A stretch of 64,000 nt of DNA. It comes from Patescibacteria group bacterium. GTDB taxonomy: Bacteria; Patescibacteriota; Dojkabacteria; J137. The notes under the pieces are model-generated. The model was not told where the DNA came from. It searched no databases and was given only the letters and a program-made list of their open reading frames with translations. Shown here one piece after another: positions 10,003-19,164 of this stretch. The position numbers and the translations under genes were made by a program. Numbering within the stretch: the stretch's first letter is position 1; every line of letters begins with the position of its first letter. Where the stretch lies: positions 267,288 to 331,287 of the forward strand of contig CAUJCN010000002.1 of NCBI GenBank assembly GCA_963169855.1, read 5' to 3'.

Positions 10003-10494
10003 CTATTCGGCATAGTATTCACAGTAGCGATTAAAGTTCTTTGCAAGTTGCTCCACTTGCTTCAGCTCAAACCACAAATTGTAGTTTGATTTCAAGGCAA
10101 TAAAGAATTCGCGGAAATATTCTCTGCTAAGAAATCTCAGATCTTTAGATCTAGCAAAATTATGACAGCATTTTAATAATGAAGTTTTGACAACTATAAC
10201 AGGACTTGAACAAATATGACCAATCTCTAGATCTTGAAAGGAGGAAATTTCAACGATTTCTTTTTGATAATCATCCTGAGATTCTGATTCGTTTATAGGT
10301 AAATCCATTAGAAGGGAAAGTTCAGTTGCTAAAGAAGTCTTACCAGCGCCCATCAACCCAAGGATAAATATCTTTGTAGATTCTTTGTTTGCGAATTCTC
10401 TTAAGTTATAGCTACTAAATTTGTAGATCATATTGCATAGTCGCATGTTTTTATCTTTTAGACATTGTAATGCGACACAATTTTGTACCATCAA
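10003..10494 (-). CDS. P-loop NTPase, small kinase-like (shikimate-kinase/AAA_18-like fold)
   Basis: 163 aa. Walker A 'GLMGAGKTSLATELS'. The size is typical of small nucleotide/shikimate kinases; the substrate is unknown. Confidence 0.4.
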   Translation of the reverse strand: MMVQNCVALQCLKDKNMRLCNMIYKFSSYNLREFANKESTKIFILGLMGAGKTSLATELSLLMDLPINESESQDDYQKEIVEISSFQDLEIGHICSSPVIVVKTSLLKCCHNFARSKDLRFLSREYFREFFIALKSNYNLWFELKQVEQLAKNFNRYCEYYAE

Positions 10495-10572
10495 TTTATA
10501 TCGCTTTGTGTTTTATGTCAATTGTAGTCACTCACGCATGCTGATATAATTTTTTTTAATTACTATACAACT

Positions 10573-11994
10573 ATGACCTATCAGGAATTTACTCTAAAAC
10601 TTAAATCGCGAAAGAAACTTATTATTATTTCGTCTTTTATTGTCATACTGATAGTTCTTATAACTATTCTGATCGTACTTTCAAATAGACCAAATACTGC
10701 AATTATAGAAGATCCAGCTTATACATTAAAAGTAGAAGGTCTAGGTGCAGACATAACTGTAAAAAACTCTGAGAACGAAATTACAACAGATTCAGAATTT
10801 GAAGTCCAAACTGAAAATACTGTTGAGACAACCACCGAAGGTTTTGCAAAAATCAGTCTATCAGAGAATTCTTATGTAATTTTGGATGTAGATTCTAAAA
10901 TAGAAACTGAATTTACTCAAAATGGTTCAGGAGATACATTTGTGGCATTAAAGCTAATCAAAGGAAGAGTCTTCGGAAACTTGGATGATGACTATCTAGA
11001 AATCAATACTGCTAACACTTCTACAGAAGCTAGAAGTTCTGCATTCGACTGCAAAATTCTACTGACTAATTCAACCATTTGTAACAATTATGACGGTGCA
11101 ATTTTCGTCACAGTTGGTAAAAGCACTCAAAGTATTCAGCTACAAAAAGAAAAGACGATTACTGTAATCGGAAGTGAAGAAGAGATTAAAGATTTAGATG
11201 ATTCTACAACAAACTATTGGACCACATTAATTAGCTGCTTAGCTAGTTTTCCTAGTGAATCTGTTCAAAATACTTGCATCACAACTGCATTAAATGATGT
11301 GAATGACGTTGCAGAAGAGCCAGAAGAAACTGAGGAAGAAGAGGAGGAACCAACACCGGAACCAGTAGTAACTTTTGATTCGACAATAACTTCCGAAATT
11401 GAGACTAAACACGAAATAACTGTTCTGCTAACTTGTAGATTTAATGCTGTAAACGGCGAAGATCCAATGGACTTCAAAGTTGGAATATCCAATACAACCA
11501 ATTCCTCGAGTGTTACAAACTGGACAGAATTCATGGGAAACAAAACTCAGTTTATTATTACTGACAGACCTAGTCCAGAGACTCTTTACTGCCATCTTAA
11601 TAAGACTGGAACTAATGCTTACAAAGTTTCAAATTCATCTTTATATGAAAGAAAGGTAACTCTTACTCTAAATACTTCAAGTGGGGGCACATTTTCTGGA
11701 AACTTCAGTGGTGAAATAAAGTCGGAAATGTATCCTTACACTTATTTAAGAGTAAAATATTCGATCCAAAGACAGTCTGATAATATGTATCTTTCTTCTA
11801 ATGGAGTAGATTGGATTCCAACAGAGTACGTCTTCGTATTAGATCCAGATGATTCAGCTACAGGAATTGGTTCGTTTATTACCCCATCCTATACTATTGA
11901 TTCTGGAACAACTCTAACAATCAAAGCTACTGTTGGTACAAATAGTACCGATATATTCGACACGAAAATAGTTTCTGGGGTAACAGTCCCTTAG
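10573..11994 (+). CDS. membrane-anchored extracellular protein with FecR-like domain and acidic linker
   Basis: 473 aa. N-terminal TM 'LIIISSFIVILIVLITILIVL'. 'ISLSENSYVILDVDSKIETEF...ALKLIKGRVFGNL' resembles a FecR domain. Acidic linker 'EEPEETEEEEEEPTPEP'. The C-terminal half is Ser/Thr/Asn-rich. Confidence 0.5.
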   Translation: MTYQEFTLKLKSRKKLIIISSFIVILIVLITILIVLSNRPNTAIIEDPAYTLKVEGLGADITVKNSENEITTDSEFEVQTENTVETTTEGFAKISLSENSYVILDVDSKIETEFTQNGSGDTFVALKLIKGRVFGNLDDDYLEINTANTSTEARSSAFDCKILLTNSTICNNYDGAIFVTVGKSTQSIQLQKEKTITVIGSEEEIKDLDDSTTNYWTTLISCLASFPSESVQNTCITTALNDVNDVAEEPEETEEEEEEPTPEPVVTFDSTITSEIETKHEITVLLTCRFNAVNGEDPMDFKVGISNTTNSSSVTNWTEFMGNKTQFIITDRPSPETLYCHLNKTGTNAYKVSNSSLYERKVTLTLNTSSGGTFSGNFSGEIKSEMYPYTYLRVKYSIQRQSDNMYLSSNGVDWIPTEYVFVLDPDDSATGIGSFITPSYTIDSGTTLTIKATVGTNSTDIFDTKIVSGVTVP

Positions 11995-11997
11995 CTA

Positions 11998-12459
11998 CTA
12001 AAGAACTGATTCTAGAGTGGTTAGGAGCGGTTTTAAACCATGCTTCTGGTAAAAGTTCATGGCTGATTTGTTGTCGGTGTAGGTTTGAACTCTAAGAACT
12101 TTCGCTGATCTCTCTTTACATTCAGATTTAACTTTTTCTATTAGTAGATTTCCAACTCCATTACCTCTGAATCCTTCTTTGACATAAGTATTCTCGATAA
12201 CACAAATCGGATTAACAGTTCTAACGGCATGATTATCTACGTAAGCTAAGATATAGCCGATAATTTTTTCATCTCTTTCTGCAATGTAGAAAATACTGTT
12301 TTCATGAGTTAATCTTTTAGTAAAATAATCCTGGCCAGGCTGGGAGAATGGCCAGTTCTCGTCATAAGCGTAAGAAAAAGCTTTCTCAAAAATAAAAAGG
12401 TCTTTGTTCATTTGGAGTATCTCCTGGAAATCTTGAAGTTGGGCCTTTCTGATAATCAT
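11998..12459 (-). CDS. GNAT family N-acetyltransferase
   Basis: Acetyl-CoA-binding motif 'VKEGFRGNGVGNLLIEKVKSECKERSAKVLRVQTYTDNKSAMNFYQKHGLK'. The track ORF starts with TTG at 12486. The first ATG (MIIRKAQLQ...) is at 12459. Confidence 0.75.
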   Translation of the reverse strand: MIIRKAQLQDFQEILQMNKDLFIFEKAFSYAYDENWPFSQPGQDYFTKRLTHENSIFYIAERDEKIIGYILAYVDNHAVRTVNPICVIENTYVKEGFRGNGVGNLLIEKVKSECKERSAKVLRVQTYTDNKSAMNFYQKHGLKPLLTTLESVL

Positions 12460-12483
12460 AAAGATTGAATTTAAGCCTAATAA

Positions 12484-12503
12484 CAAATACTGCGGGAGGG
12501 AGT
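12484..12503 (-). repeat. 19-nt direct duplicate of the 3' end of the adjacent tRNA-Leu(UAA)
   Basis: 'aaatactgcgggagggagt' at 12485-12503 equals 12591-12609, which is the acceptor 3' strand plus T-stem of the tRNA. It lies 90 bp beyond the tRNA 3' end. Confidence 0.6.
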
Positions 12504-12593
12504 TCCCCCTTCGCTCCGCTTCGGAGGACAGGCTTCTCCTCCATTAATATTATGCAATTATTCTTTAGGAAGTTTCAAGTTCTGAAGATAAAA

Positions 12594-12677
12594 TACTGCG
12601 GGAGGGAGTCGAACCCTCACGACCTTGACGGCCAGCGGATTTTAAGTCCGCCGTGTATACCATTCCACCACCGCAGC
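12594..12677 (-). tRNA. tRNA-Leu (anticodon UAA), type II with long variable arm
   Basis: Reverse complement reads GCTGCGG-TG-GTGGAATGGTATACAC-G-GCGGA-CTTAAAA-TCCGC-long variable arm-GAGGGTTCGACTCCCTC-CCGCAGT-A. Seven-bp acceptor stem, U33, anticodon TAA. No CCA is encoded. Confidence 0.8.
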
Positions 12678-12733
12678 ATTTTGAACGAAAGTAAATTTCG
12701 TAAGGAGATTATATCGCAAATTTAGGAATTGGA

Positions 12734-13786
12734 CTACTTTTCTCTGAATTTATATCCAGTCGGATTACTCTCTCCTACTTGAATTTTATAGGTGTGGAAT
12801 CGCATTGTTTTGTGAGAAATCTTAACTTCATAATCACCAAAGGGAATTGGTTTATCAAACACAAATTTGCCATCAACAGAAGTCTCAACTCTTACCGCTA
12901 CACGACCATCGACAAGGAAATCAACAATCGCACCTTCCACAGGTTGATTTTTTTTAGTTACAACTATTCCTGCCAAAAGCTTTCCTGCAGCGTTAGACTT
13001 CATGTGCTGTAACTGATTATTTACAGTAGCAGTTGTTTGATATTTTGTATCGTTCACAATGAGTTTAACTTCCATGAATAGTTCGTTAATCTGATCTGTT
13101 ATTTCTTTTTCTTTCTGAGGATCTTTTCCAGAATACTTAGAAAGTTCGAATTTAAGTCTCTGCATTTCTCTTTTATAGTCCTCTATTGAGTTATACCTAG
13201 GTTTATCTAAAGATTTAACCTGCTGTTGAACAACCCTTGACTGAGTTTTTGGAGATTCATATTCTTCGACCTTTCTTTCTGTGTTAATTACTTCCTTTCC
13301 AAAGACATCTTCGTAAACTGCATTAACATTTTCTCTGGTTTGGTCTAAAGAGTCTTTTTCCTCTACTTCCTGCTGAGCCATAGCTGACCCAAAAAGCTTT
13401 TCAAGAGGTAATTTATCCAGGTCAATCATCTTCTTATCTAAAGCTGCGTCTATATTTTTATCATCCTTTAGATTCTTAGTTTTCGGTGTGTAAAGAACTT
13501 CTGGAGTAACTTTTTGTTTTTTCCAAACATATCTCGGTGAAATGAAGATAGCCCGAATGTATCCCATCACCTGCTTTTCGAAGCCCGGAACAAACGCCGC
13601 AAATACTCCTAATGCAAGTGCAGCCAATACCAGTGGTAGTTTGACCAAAAAGTTAATATTGATAAAGAAAATACCAACAGCTAGAAGTCCTCCAAGAAGG
13701 ATTCTAATGAATTGTTTTAGAGTAAAAGCTCCAAAAAGCTTAAACTCCGTACTTAAGAAATTTTGTGGTACTGGATGCGGTTCCAT
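12734..13786 (-). CDS. membrane protein with PrgI-like N-terminal region and C-terminal carboxypeptidase-regulatory-like beta-sandwich domain
   Basis: 350 aa. 'PQNFLSTEFKLFGAFTLKQFIRILLGG' followed by two TM helices resembles PrgI-family proteins. The C-terminus 'GIVVTKKNQPVEGAIVDFLVDGRVAVRVETSVDGKFVFDKPIPFGDYEVKI' is CarboxypepD_reg-like. The middle is a coiled-coil. Confidence 0.4.
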   Translation of the reverse strand: MEPHPVPQNFLSTEFKLFGAFTLKQFIRILLGGLLAVGIFFININFLVKLPLVLAALALGVFAAFVPGFEKQVMGYIRAIFISPRYVWKKQKVTPEVLYTPKTKNLKDDKNIDAALDKKMIDLDKLPLEKLFGSAMAQQEVEEKDSLDQTRENVNAVYEDVFGKEVINTERKVEEYESPKTQSRVVQQQVKSLDKPRYNSIEDYKREMQRLKFELSKYSGKDPQKEKEITDQINELFMEVKLIVNDTKYQTTATVNNQLQHMKSNAAGKLLAGIVVTKKNQPVEGAIVDFLVDGRVAVRVETSVDGKFVFDKPIPFGDYEVKISHKTMRFHTYKIQVGESNPTGYKFREK

Positions 13787-13817
13787 TCATATATCTTACA
13801 ACCTATGGAGTTTAGTC

Positions 13818-14066
13818 TCAAGGGATAAGATAAGGCTGAATTCTAGAAACATCAGTTCCGTGCTGATCTCTATAGGTTTGAGACATATCTGTTCCGCATT
13901 CGTAAACATTTCCACCAGAATGAGTTGTCTGAAGGGAAGTTACATCATACCGATTACCAAATATAGTGATTATGCATTGTTCAGAATTCTGATTGGAATT
14001 CAACGCTAGGATTGCTATCACACCTATTATTACGATTACGGGAAGTGTTACCAAAATTTTGTTCAT
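13818..14066 (-). CDS. small secreted/membrane-anchored protein
   Basis: 82 aa. N-terminal signal/TM 'ILVTLPVIVIIGVIAILAL'. Confidence 0.4.
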   Translation of the reverse strand: MNKILVTLPVIVIIGVIAILALNSNQNSEQCIITIFGNRYDVTSLQTTHSGGNVYECGTDMSQTYRDQHGTDVSRIQPYLIP

Positions 14067-14157
14067 ACATTAAACTAAAAGTTTATTCTAATTATACGTA
14101 CAAATGCAAAAAAAATTACCCGCCTGAGCGGGTAATTAATCCAAAGTTTCTATTTTA

Positions 14158-14508
14158 CTATTCTGCTTTTGCCTTTGTTACTTTCTTAGCTACTTGTTTT
14201 GCTTTAACAGGCTTCTTTTCTGCTACTTCAGCTGTAACTTCTGATTGCTTTTCTAAAACATCAACATATTTCTGTGTTCTCTTGTATCCTGTCATTCTTC
14301 TGAATGAAACAAAACCTGGAACTTTAGCAAAAATTGTGAAGTCCTTTCCCATTGCTGTGTTTGTACCAACGTGGAACTGAGAACCCCTCTGTCTTAAGAT
14401 AATTTCTCCTGATTTAACATACTCGCCACCGTATTTCTTGATGCCAAGTCTTTTACCAGCTACATTTACATTTCTTTTAACGGAACCAACGGACGCGGAA
14501 TGTGCCAT
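14158..14508 (-). CDS. rpmA: 50S ribosomal protein L27
   Basis: 'MAHSASVGSVKRNVNVAGKRLGIKKYGGEYVKSGEIILRQRGSQFHVGTNTAMGKDFTIFAKVPGFV' matches the L27 consensus (AHKKG...RLGVK..GG..V..G.I..RQRGT.FH.G.N...G.D.TLFA). It carries a lysine-rich C-terminal extension. Confidence 0.9.
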   Translation of the reverse strand: MAHSASVGSVKRNVNVAGKRLGIKKYGGEYVKSGEIILRQRGSQFHVGTNTAMGKDFTIFAKVPGFVSFRRMTGYKRTQKYVDVLEKQSEVTAEVAEKKPVKAKQVAKKVTKAKAE

Positions 14509-14525
14509 ATTCTAAAAAATTATAT

Positions 14526-14843
14526 TTATTTAATACTTACTACTTTAATTAAAGTAACGTTATTTCTTTTTCCTCTTGTTCTTCTGTATCTTGATTTTGC
14601 CTTATATACTCTACTTACTACTTTCTTTCCTAATTCCTGTGCTAGTACTTCAACTTCTACAGTTGCTTTATCAAGATAAGGCTTTCCAAATTCTACTTTG
14701 TCTCCTTCAGAAACAGATAAAACCTTGTCTAGCTTCATTTTTCCAACTTCTGCGATAAATTTCGGAAGTCTGTATGATTGACCTTCTACTAAAGAGAATT
14801 GTCTACCATTTAATTCGATTACTGCTGTTTTGCTCATAAACAT
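14526..14843 (-). CDS. rplU: 50S ribosomal protein L21
   Basis: 'AVIELNGRQFSLVEGQSYRLPK...GDKVEFGKPYLDKATVEVEVLAQELGKKVVSRVYKAKSRYRRTRGKRNNVTLIKV' follows the L21 pattern. It is immediately upstream of rpmA. Confidence 0.88.
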   Translation of the reverse strand: MFMSKTAVIELNGRQFSLVEGQSYRLPKFIAEVGKMKLDKVLSVSEGDKVEFGKPYLDKATVEVEVLAQELGKKVVSRVYKAKSRYRRTRGKRNNVTLIKVVSIK

Positions 14844-14925
14844 TGTCTAAAATTGCTTTTGAATAATACTATAAACTCGCCTTTGTGGCAAGTCCTAACT
14901 GGCCTTTTAGGACTTATTGAGAGAT

Positions 14926-16680
14926 TTAAAGTTCTAAAGATTTGCTAGAAATTTTCTCTTTAACATAAGCCACAAACTCATCAGGAGACATATTAATGTT
15001 ATCTCCAGTTCGCTTTCTGATTGCTAGGTTGCCAGATTCGATTTCTTTATCTCCAAGCACGATCATGTAAGGAGTTCGATCCCCTTGAGCTTTTCTGATC
15101 TTGTTTCCAAGAGTTTCAGCTTCTATGTTTAGATTTACTCTAATACCAGCTTCTCTGAACTTTTTCTGAAGTTCTTTTGCGTAGTCTCCGTGTTTATCTG
15201 GAGAAATCGCTAGAATTGCCACTTGAGAAGGATGCATCCAAACTGGAAAGTTTCCACCAAAGTGTTCAATTAGGAATCCGATGAATCTTTCGTGTGTTCC
15301 TAGTGGTGCTCTATGAAGAACTACAGGAGTTTTTTCCTGACCGTCTTTATCGATATACTTTAGATCGAATTTCTTTGGCATGTATAAGTCCAACTGATTT
15401 GTTGAAGCTGTAAACATTCTTCCAATTGATGATTTGATTTGAAAGTCCATTTTTGGTCCGTAGAATGCTGCTCCATCATGAACAATTTTGAAAGGAACAC
15501 CTGATTTTTCCATAGCTTCGATTGTCATTTTTTCTGCTAATTCCCAATCTGATTCTTCTCCATGATATTTATCCATTTTTTCTGGATTTCTTAGGGCTAA
15601 TTCCATTTCATACTCAGTAATTCCTAGCATCTTGTAGTAATACTCGTGAAGTTTAATTACATTAATAAATTCTTCCACCGCCTGATCCATTGCACAATAA
15701 ATATGTGCATCGTTCATGTCCATACCTCGAACTCTCATTAATCCGAAAAGACTTCCTGAATCTTCGTATCTATGACACAATCCGTATTCACAAACTCTTA
15801 GTGGAAGTTCTTTGTAACTTCTTGGACTGGAAGAGAAAACTTTATGATGAAAAGGACAGTTCATCGGTTTTAGATAGTAGTTCTCTTCTTCGATTACGAT
15901 TGGAGCGTACATGCTGTCCTTGTACAAAGGTAAATGACCAGATGTGAAAAACAAATTCTCTTTTGTGATTACAGGTGTTGTAACTCTTTGATAATCCCAT
16001 TCCGCTTCAGTTTTCTTTGCCCAACCTTCAAGCTCTTCCTTAATGATATTTCCGTTTGGAAGCCAGATTGGTAATCCTTGTCCGATTTCTTCTTCAAAAT
16101 GGAATAACTGCATTTCCTTTCCGATTTTTCTATGATCTCTTTTTTTAGCTTCTTCAAGCATATTCAAATACTCATCTAGTTCTTCCTGAGTTGGGAACGC
16201 TGTTGCGTAGATTCGAGTCAACATTTTGTTTTTCTCGCTTCCTCGCCAATATGCACCAGCTAAAGATAAGATTTTAAATGCTTTAATTTCTTTTGAAGGT
16301 TGTTCTACATGACCTCCTTCACAAAGATCTGAGTAATTACCAGATTTGTAGTAAGTTATAGTTTCTCCATTTTGAGAGAATTCGTTTATAAGTTCAGTTT
16401 TGTATTCGTTATCTTTGTAGTCTTCAAGAGCCTGTTCTTTAGAAACTTCGATTCTTTCGAATCCTTTCCAAGTCTGAACAATAGACTTCATTTTCTTCTC
16501 GATTGCTGGGAAATCTTCTTCTGAAAGTTTTACGTCTCCAAAATCAAAGTCGAAGTAGAATCCATTCTCAATTGCTGGACCGATAGTTTTCTTTGCATTA
16601 GGCCATAACTCCAATACTGCGGCTGCTAACAAATGAGCTGCGCTATGTCTCAAATGATTTAAATATTCTTCATTTTTCAT
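14926..16680 (-). CDS. thrS: threonine--tRNA ligase (lacking N-terminal TGS domain)
   Basis: 584 aa. It starts in the second additional domain ('HLRHSAAHLLAAAVLELWP', '...CEGGHV'), followed by the class II catalytic core and the C-terminal anticodon-binding domain. Confidence 0.88.
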   Translation of the reverse strand: MKNEEYLNHLRHSAAHLLAAAVLELWPNAKKTIGPAIENGFYFDFDFGDVKLSEEDFPAIEKKMKSIVQTWKGFERIEVSKEQALEDYKDNEYKTELINEFSQNGETITYYKSGNYSDLCEGGHVEQPSKEIKAFKILSLAGAYWRGSEKNKMLTRIYATAFPTQEELDEYLNMLEEAKKRDHRKIGKEMQLFHFEEEIGQGLPIWLPNGNIIKEELEGWAKKTEAEWDYQRVTTPVITKENLFFTSGHLPLYKDSMYAPIVIEEENYYLKPMNCPFHHKVFSSSPRSYKELPLRVCEYGLCHRYEDSGSLFGLMRVRGMDMNDAHIYCAMDQAVEEFINVIKLHEYYYKMLGITEYEMELALRNPEKMDKYHGEESDWELAEKMTIEAMEKSGVPFKIVHDGAAFYGPKMDFQIKSSIGRMFTASTNQLDLYMPKKFDLKYIDKDGQEKTPVVLHRAPLGTHERFIGFLIEHFGGNFPVWMHPSQVAILAISPDKHGDYAKELQKKFREAGIRVNLNIEAETLGNKIRKAQGDRTPYMIVLGDKEIESGNLAIRKRTGDNINMSPDEFVAYVKEKISSKSLEL

Positions 16681-16854
16681 ATTACTTAGGTTTAAGGTAT
16701 AAGGTTTTAATTGATTATATAATTATTTATAGGAATAGAAAATGTGTGTGCGATTAGAAACCCCTAAGGGTCGTTGCGAAGAATGTTGTGAAGCTTTTCT
16801 GGTCTTTCATTGATAGTTATTATAAACTATCAGTAATGTTTACGGAAGGATAGT

Positions 16855-17781
16855 TTGAAGTTTTCAACTATAAACTACAGTAGGTATCTCTACAATATGA
16901 ATAAGGATTTTACGTCACAACTAGATAAAATAGCGGAGCTTTTCAATTTAGGAGAGATTATCGTTGCGTCTGAACAAATTGATAGTATTACGAACATTAA
17001 CTACCTCGTTACGACTGACAAAGGTCAATTTGTTGTTAAGTTCTTAGTAAGTGAAACCGCAGCTAGTGTTATAAATTCAGTTGTGATCAGGGAAAAGCTG
17101 AAAACAGTTGAGATTCCCACGTCAGAATTCGTAAGTAGCAAATTTGATTTGTATACAGAGATTGTAGATGGTAATGAGGTTTGTGTTTCTAAGAGAATAC
17201 TGGGACAAGTTATTGAACCTACAACTCAAAGTTTTTGCCACGAATGCGGAACTTTATTAGCCAAATTTCATAATACAATTGATGTTTTGACTGAGCCTGC
17301 TGAAGGTTGGATGAATCCAATTCCTACACAAACACCAGAGCAAAATCCGGAACTGTCAGCTAAAGCTTTAGCTTTTATAGATGAAAATAGCGATATTTAT
17401 TCGGAAAATCTTCCCAAAGGAATAATACATGGGGATTTCCACGAAGGAAACATTCTTGTAGATACTAACGATAAAATCGTTGCTCTGTTGGATTTTGACG
17501 AGACTGAGGAAAATCTTTTGTTAGTTGATATTGTCCGAACAATTTTGGACCTAGCCGATCCAGACGAAAAAAGTGCTATTAATATGAAATTTGCGAAAGC
17601 GTTATTGAACGGATATCAAAAAGTTAGAAAATTAACAAAAGCTGAGAAAGATTACGCTCCGAGAGCTATGAAATACGCTGCAGGAAAATGTGCTTTGTGG
17701 ATGTTAGCAAGAAATTTTGAAGACGAAGCTTTACGTTACCTTACAATTGCAGAAAAATATTCTGGCAAACTTCCACTTTAA
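16855..17781 (+). CDS. phosphotransferase enzyme family protein (APH/homoserine-kinase-II-like)
   Basis: 308 aa. Catalytic 'GIIHGDFHEGNILVDTNDKIVALLDFDETEEN' corresponds to the HGDxxxxN...D motif of the kinase-like fold. Confidence 0.65.
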   Translation: MKFSTINYSRYLYNMNKDFTSQLDKIAELFNLGEIIVASEQIDSITNINYLVTTDKGQFVVKFLVSETAASVINSVVIREKLKTVEIPTSEFVSSKFDLYTEIVDGNEVCVSKRILGQVIEPTTQSFCHECGTLLAKFHNTIDVLTEPAEGWMNPIPTQTPEQNPELSAKALAFIDENSDIYSENLPKGIIHGDFHEGNILVDTNDKIVALLDFDETEENLLLVDIVRTILDLADPDEKSAINMKFAKALLNGYQKVRKLTKAEKDYAPRAMKYAAGKCALWMLARNFEDEALRYLTIAEKYSGKLPL

Positions 17782-17838
17782 CAACCCCTTGAATAGTTGT
17801 ACTTTCAATTAGGTCATATTAGAATCATATAAGAAGAC

Positions 17839-18618
17839 TTGCGAACTTCGAATTTATTATTTCGAACTTTATTAATTATGCACATCGAAGAAGACAATAC
17901 TAATTTAGGATTACAAACAAAAGCTAAAGAAGGACAAGAACTCTACTCAACTTTACATGGTAAAAAATACGCTAGATTCCCAGTTAAAACCCATTTGATT
18001 GTAATAGACGAAGACTTAGATGCAGTTATAGAAAAATACGCAATTCCTGAATACAAAGAAGGTGACATATTCTGCATTACTTCAAAAGTAATCAGTATTA
18101 CAAAAGGATTTTATGTAAAAGAAAGTGAGTTGAAAGTTACTTGGCTAGCAAAATTTTTAGTAAGATTCGTAAAAAAAACTCCAAATGATCCGGGATTTGC
18201 TTTACCACAAAAGATTCAAGTTGCTATGAACGAAGTTGGAATTCCAAGATTCATTTTCGCAATGATTGGCGGAGTAATAATGAAATATATTTTCAGAAAA
18301 CCTGGATATTTCTATATTCTTGCTGGACATAATATCGCAGCGATTGATGGATTCGTTCCACACATGTACCCCGAGCCGCTAAGAGGATATGGTTTCTTAG
18401 CCCCTAAAAATCCAGATGGTATCTGCGATGAACTTGAAGCAAAACACAAAATGCCTACTGCGATGTTGGATGGAAACAATGTAGAAAATATTGTTCTAGG
18501 GATGAGCAAAGGTGTTTCTGATAGATTTTCCAAAGAAGAATTACTTCAGATCCTAAAAGGAAATCCCCAAGGGCAAAGTGGAAATACACCAATTTTACTT
18601 TTGAGAGAAGTTGAATAA
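17839..18618 (+). CDS. CofE-like (F420-0:gamma-glutamyl ligase family) protein
   Basis: 'HLIVIDEDLDAVIEKYAIPEYKEGDIFCITSKVISITKG' resembles the F420_ligase family. The real start is probably the internal Met (MHIEEDN...). Confidence 0.4.
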   Translation: MRTSNLLFRTLLIMHIEEDNTNLGLQTKAKEGQELYSTLHGKKYARFPVKTHLIVIDEDLDAVIEKYAIPEYKEGDIFCITSKVISITKGFYVKESELKVTWLAKFLVRFVKKTPNDPGFALPQKIQVAMNEVGIPRFIFAMIGGVIMKYIFRKPGYFYILAGHNIAAIDGFVPHMYPEPLRGYGFLAPKNPDGICDELEAKHKMPTAMLDGNNVENIVLGMSKGVSDRFSKEELLQILKGNPQGQSGNTPILLLREVE

Positions 18619-19164
18619 TTTGATTAAATCGTTGGGTAATTCATCTCGATTTTCGATCGTGACTTCGATTAGTTTTACATCTGGATGTTGTTTGAATTCT
18701 AAACTCCATGGTTCATCATCGAAAACTATTGATGCCAGAATATCTATGTCAGAATCGAAAAGATTTCTGACCTCTTTTAGAAATTCTGAGGAAAACGACT
18801 GCATTCTTCCTATTTCATCAATTACAACAAGAGCTTTTGTTCCTTTAGCTTTTTGAAGTTCGGGAATCAAGAATTCGTTAATGGTATCAATATCAACTTT
18901 GTTTCCATTTCCCACAACAATATTTGATAAAACTTGAGTTTTGTGAGCAATTGTTTGAGATCGTCCATCAAGAGTTGTAGCTAGAAACCCTTGATTATTG
19001 CCTTGCTCATCTTTAATTCTAGTTACAACAAAACCATGCTTCTCTCCATGATAGAGTTCTAGAAACTTTTGAAGCACAGTACTTTTTCCTATTCCGGGCT
19101 TTGCAGTTAATAGAACTTTCATATTAGTTTCTTCTAGGAACTCCAAGAATATCTTTAACATCAT
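18595..19164 (-). CDS. THEP1-like nucleoside-triphosphatase (P-loop NTPase)
   Basis: Walker A 'KVLLTAKPGIGKSTVLQKF'. Walker B 'ALVVIDEIGRM'. Size and motifs fit the NTPase_1/THEP1 family. It overlaps the ftsI stop region, so it is probably the last gene of the dcw operon. Confidence 0.6.
   Translation of the reverse strand: MMLKIFLEFLEETNMKVLLTAKPGIGKSTVLQKFLELYHGEKHGFVVTRIKDEQGNNQGFLATTLDGRSQTIAHKTQVLSNIVVGNGNKVDIDTINEFLIPELQKAKGTKALVVIDEIGRMQSFSSEFLKEVRNLFDSDIDILASIVFDDEPWSLEFKQHPDVKLIEVTIENRDELPNDLIKLFNFSQK

Noticed and set aside
12465-12725. 86-aa plus-strand ORF.
   Set aside because: It overlaps tRNA-Leu(UAA) and its flanks and has a TTG start. The tRNA explains the locus.
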